In this document: positions 60,818 through 64,000 of the stretch, one piece after another
How the letters are laid out: each line of letters begins with the position of its first letter
Numbering within the stretch: position 1 is the stretch's first letter
From: Guillardia theta CCMP2712
Taxonomy: Eukaryota; Protista; Cryptophyta
DNA: 64,000 nt
NCBI RefSeq assembly: GCF_000315625.1
Contig: NW_005434662.1
Location: 526,307-590,306 of the forward strand
Reading direction: 5' to 3'
Position numbers and translations under genes: made by a program
The notes under the pieces: model-generated
The model's database searches: none
The model's input: the letters and a program-made list of their open reading frames with translations, nothing else
What the model was told of the DNA's origin: nothing

Positions 60818-62743
60818 ATGAAGCATGTAGCTCGGCAGGAGGCCAAGAACATGTCGCCGACGAAGCTGCCCCGTCCTAAGAAGCTATTCCATGATGCCGA
60901 GGAGGCGGATATGGAGGTGTATCAACCTGCGAGGGAAGGAGCGTGTCTGACCTTGGCTGGTACCGTCAGTTTGCTCTAGTGGACCACCAGCTGCACTCGC
61001 TCATCGACGAGGGTGCTCTGTGTCTGGCGGACGAGAACGTGAAGCTGCATCACTATGTGCAGCCTGCGAGCATCGACCTGCCGGTTTCTGGCACCGCGTG
61101 AGCTACCCCATCCGCTCCAACATGCATGTCGATTGAAGTGTGCTCAGGTATCTGGTCAAGGAGAAGATCCTTCCTTTCAAGAAGCGGGTAGAATGCAGCA
61201 TGTTGCGCTCCACCTGTGACACTTGCCGGATGCAGGTCAAAGACCTGATAGGGGAGCTAACGCTGGAAGAGAAGAGCCTTACTGGGAAGGGGGCGGTTCT
61301 CCTCAAGGGCCAGGTGCATCCCCAGCTCTTCTTGTCGTTTACCGTGTTCTCATTACATGGCAGTCGTACCTGATCTACTGTGGGGTCATCTGCCTTCAAA
61401 AAGGGCAGCGAGGCTGCCTGAGCCCGAAGAGCTCGATTGGGCGCGTTGATATCATGGTGATAGAGGAAAGGGGCTCGTGGACTCTTGCTTACTGTGTGTG
61501 GTTAGGTGCGAGGGATAGTGGACGGGTGCGGTCTTTACGATGTCGTTCCTGGGGATGGGATCAGCCGCGAGCTATGGCTTGAGATCAGCCCGAGGTCCTT
61601 CAACATCCGGGTGCATGCTGGGATAGCGATGACTCAGTTGATGATCTTCGCTGCTTGCAACGAGGTCGATCGGTGGTGGAGAAGGACTCCTTGTCTTCTG
61701 ATCTGATGACAGGATGACGCATTTCAGACACCGATCAAGAGCGTTTACGATGATTTCGATCACTCTCCGGCAAAGAGCGTGACGCTGCATTCCGAGGAGG
61801 GCGGCGAGATGTGCAAGGAGATGTGTAACTTGAGGGAGGACTTTCAAAGCTTCGCCAGCATCGAAGATGGTGCAGACGAACCAATGAATTCACAAGAGCA
61901 GGAAGAATGTCTTTGCTTCGATACCGATGGAAAAGTTTTGCCTCTCCACCTACACAAAGGAGCTGTTGTTCTAAGTGTACGCGTTCCATCTCAACCAGAG
62001 AGTCTAGCGGGTGACTAACGGCTGATATCATCTGTGTCTTGACACGGTTGTCCTACAGGATTTGAGGCTTTGCCCACTGAAGACATTCTGGACCTTTCTT
62101 TGACGGATTTCCATCATCCTCGCAAGTTCTTCCGCGAGATTTTCCCTTCCGATCAAGGGAGGCTGACCTTGGAGAAGGATCGTTTTTACATCTTAGCGAC
62201 GAAGGAGGTGCTTCCTCCTGCCAAGTTTTATTTTTGCTGAACATGATGGTGTAGAGAGTCTGCGTTCCCACGTATCTCAGTGCCGAAATGGTTCCTTTCT
62301 CACATCACGTCGGTGAACTCCGAGCACACTACGCCGGGTTCTTCGATCCCGGCTTTGGGTACGGAAGGGAAGGAGAAGTGAAGGGAACAGTGGGCGTGCT
62401 TGAGGTCAGTCAATTTGTAAAGCTTGTCTTTCTGTCAGATCAGAGTTGGAACCAAAGAGGCGCATCTGTCTGACCACGTCCCTGATATGTTCTAAGACGA
62501 ATGCGACAGGTTCGTCCTCATGAGACAATCAACATCTATGATGGCCAACCGATCTGCCTTATGGAATTCTTCAGAAACTCCAGCGTTCCGCACCGTCCCT
62601 ACGGTTCGTCAACAACTCTCTCGCCAATCTTCTCACATGCTTGTCCTTCAGGTTTGCAAGGGAGCAATTATCACATGCAGAAAGGGCCGAAGCTTGCCAA
62701 ATACTTCACGGAATATCCGCGTGCAGCGCCTCAACAAGTTTGA
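60818..62743 (+). CDS. dcd: 2'-deoxycytidine 5'-triphosphate deaminase, two-domain bacterial (DCD) type; multi-exon
   Basis: VQPASIDL, SPKSSIGRVD, LWLEISPRSF, GELRAHYAGFFDPGFG, GVLEVRPHE, DGQPIC and SNYHMQKGPKLAKYF. Confidence 0.88.
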
Positions 62744-62902
62744 CTCGAATCATATTCTTTTCTCACATTACAAGAAGATCAAAAGCTACACGTTTGATTG
62801 AACAGCTGTGTGCTGGCGTGAACATGCCAACAACTCAGACTCATAAAATAAACGAAAAATATCTTGTCCATCTCTACAAGAATCGCAAAAATGAATGTCA
62901 AG

Positions 62903-64000
62903 TTAGCCGGTAGTAGTCAACTTGTTATATGCCTCGTCAATCTTTGCTTCTTCATCTTCGATCTGCCAGCAGCAATCAGGACACTCGAAGCTATCTACTC
63001 CTCTTACCATGATGAAAGTTTTGCTCTTGCTCCCGAACTTCTGAGTGTGCCTGCTGACTTCACAGCTCACCCACGTGCCAGAAGGGAATGTTCGCTTCCT
63101 ATGTCCTTTGCTCTTGGGCAAGAATCTCTATAACATCGTCATTTATGCTTGAGGGGTAGGAGGAGCGCCCACCTGCTCGCCCTTGGCGAACCCTTCGGGT
63201 GGCTCGAGCTCTCTTGCGCAGTACCACTCACGGACATTAAGCTCTATGGAAGTCGTCTCCTCGTCCTTGGACTTCGTGCTCCAGTCCTGTTCGTCAAGTG
63301 AGCGTCGGCATGCCGGCACAACGAGACTCAGCGACCTCACTCGCGACTTCGAAGAGTCTGAATCCCCTTTCACTCCTCCACTCCTCCCTGACCGACAGGA
63401 TGAAGTAAGCACCGCAACCCTCGCCCTTTCCTGAGGTCGCAGTCTCCTCCTTGGCCGCAGTCTGGGAGCCACAGCTGTCCACTGAAATGTCATCCTTGGC
63501 TATCGCCGGGTCCACCGCCAGGGGCATGCTCAGCGAGTTGATGTCAAGGGCTGCAGGAGGACTCTCGACCTTCCTCATCTTCCTCCTGCTCTCCTCCGCC
63601 TCGTCATCGACCGGCTCCTCCCTCTGTTCCGCCGCGGGGGCGGAGAGCTCGGGGACAGCCAGCGGTCTCTTTGTGGGTTGTTTGTGGGTTGCGGTGCTTG
63701 TGGGCTTCTGCGGTAAGAGGGTCAGGGAAGCTAGTGTGCAAGCAGGCGGTATTGCCTTCAAGGGTTTGACTTGCTCGGCAAGGTCAAGGTATCCTTCAAA
63801 CGTTCTCCCTGCTTAGTCACTCAGTGCACAGCCGGCCCACCTCGCACCTCCTTGGCTCTCCCACCGTGCACGAGGAAGCGAACGCTCACGCTCGTCCCCT
63901 TCCCCAGCACTTGCACGACTGTTCCCTCCACAGTGCATCTGGGACCTAGACCAGCAGCCTCCATCTTCTCTTTCGTCAGAGCCTCTTGGAGGTCAGTCCT
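62903..64000 (-). CDS. Hypothetical protein, 3' part (runs off the window end)
   Basis: Successive minus-strand ORFs (63294..63761, 63143..63493, 62903..63121) linked by short introns. No motif recognised. Confidence 0.5.

Noticed and set aside
1-64000. tRNA/rRNA genes, intact transposase or reverse transcriptase
   Set aside because: None were recognised by eye; tRNAscan-SE, Infernal and RepeatMasker would be needed to exclude them.

Overview
Gene-dense, GC-rich eukaryotic nuclear DNA with many short (about 45-60 nt) spliceosomal introns. The style suggests a cryptophyte alga such as Guillardia; this is an inference and was not verified. About 22 protein genes are recognisable: an R-S-E ADP-ribosyltransferase fused to tandem ankyrin repeats, a TPR/GT41 O-GlcNAc transferase, MAU2/Scc4, XMAP215/MOR1, an ankyrin protein, a fucosyltransferase-like GT, a PGP-repeat axonemal protein, an EsV-1-7 repeat protein, a TBC RabGAP, YchF, a TPR-PH-PH protein, GH35 beta-galactosidase, proteasome beta-6, a TruA/Pus1 pseudouridine synthase, a split-PDZ protein, fatty-acid 2-hydroxylase and a bacterial-type dCTP deaminase. 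The most notable observations are four: (1) the toxin-like ART-ankyrin protein with recently duplicated repeats, a candidate effector-sensor defence protein; (2) several normally nucleocytoplasmic domains carrying signal peptides, one locus with ubiquitin-tail LRLRGG motifs, suggesting periplastid/nucleomorph targeting; (3) an intron-containing bacterial two-domain dCTP deaminase; (4) recurrent modular intergenic islands with shared motifs and perfect hairpins. Ends of multi-exon genes were assembled by eye and are approximate.
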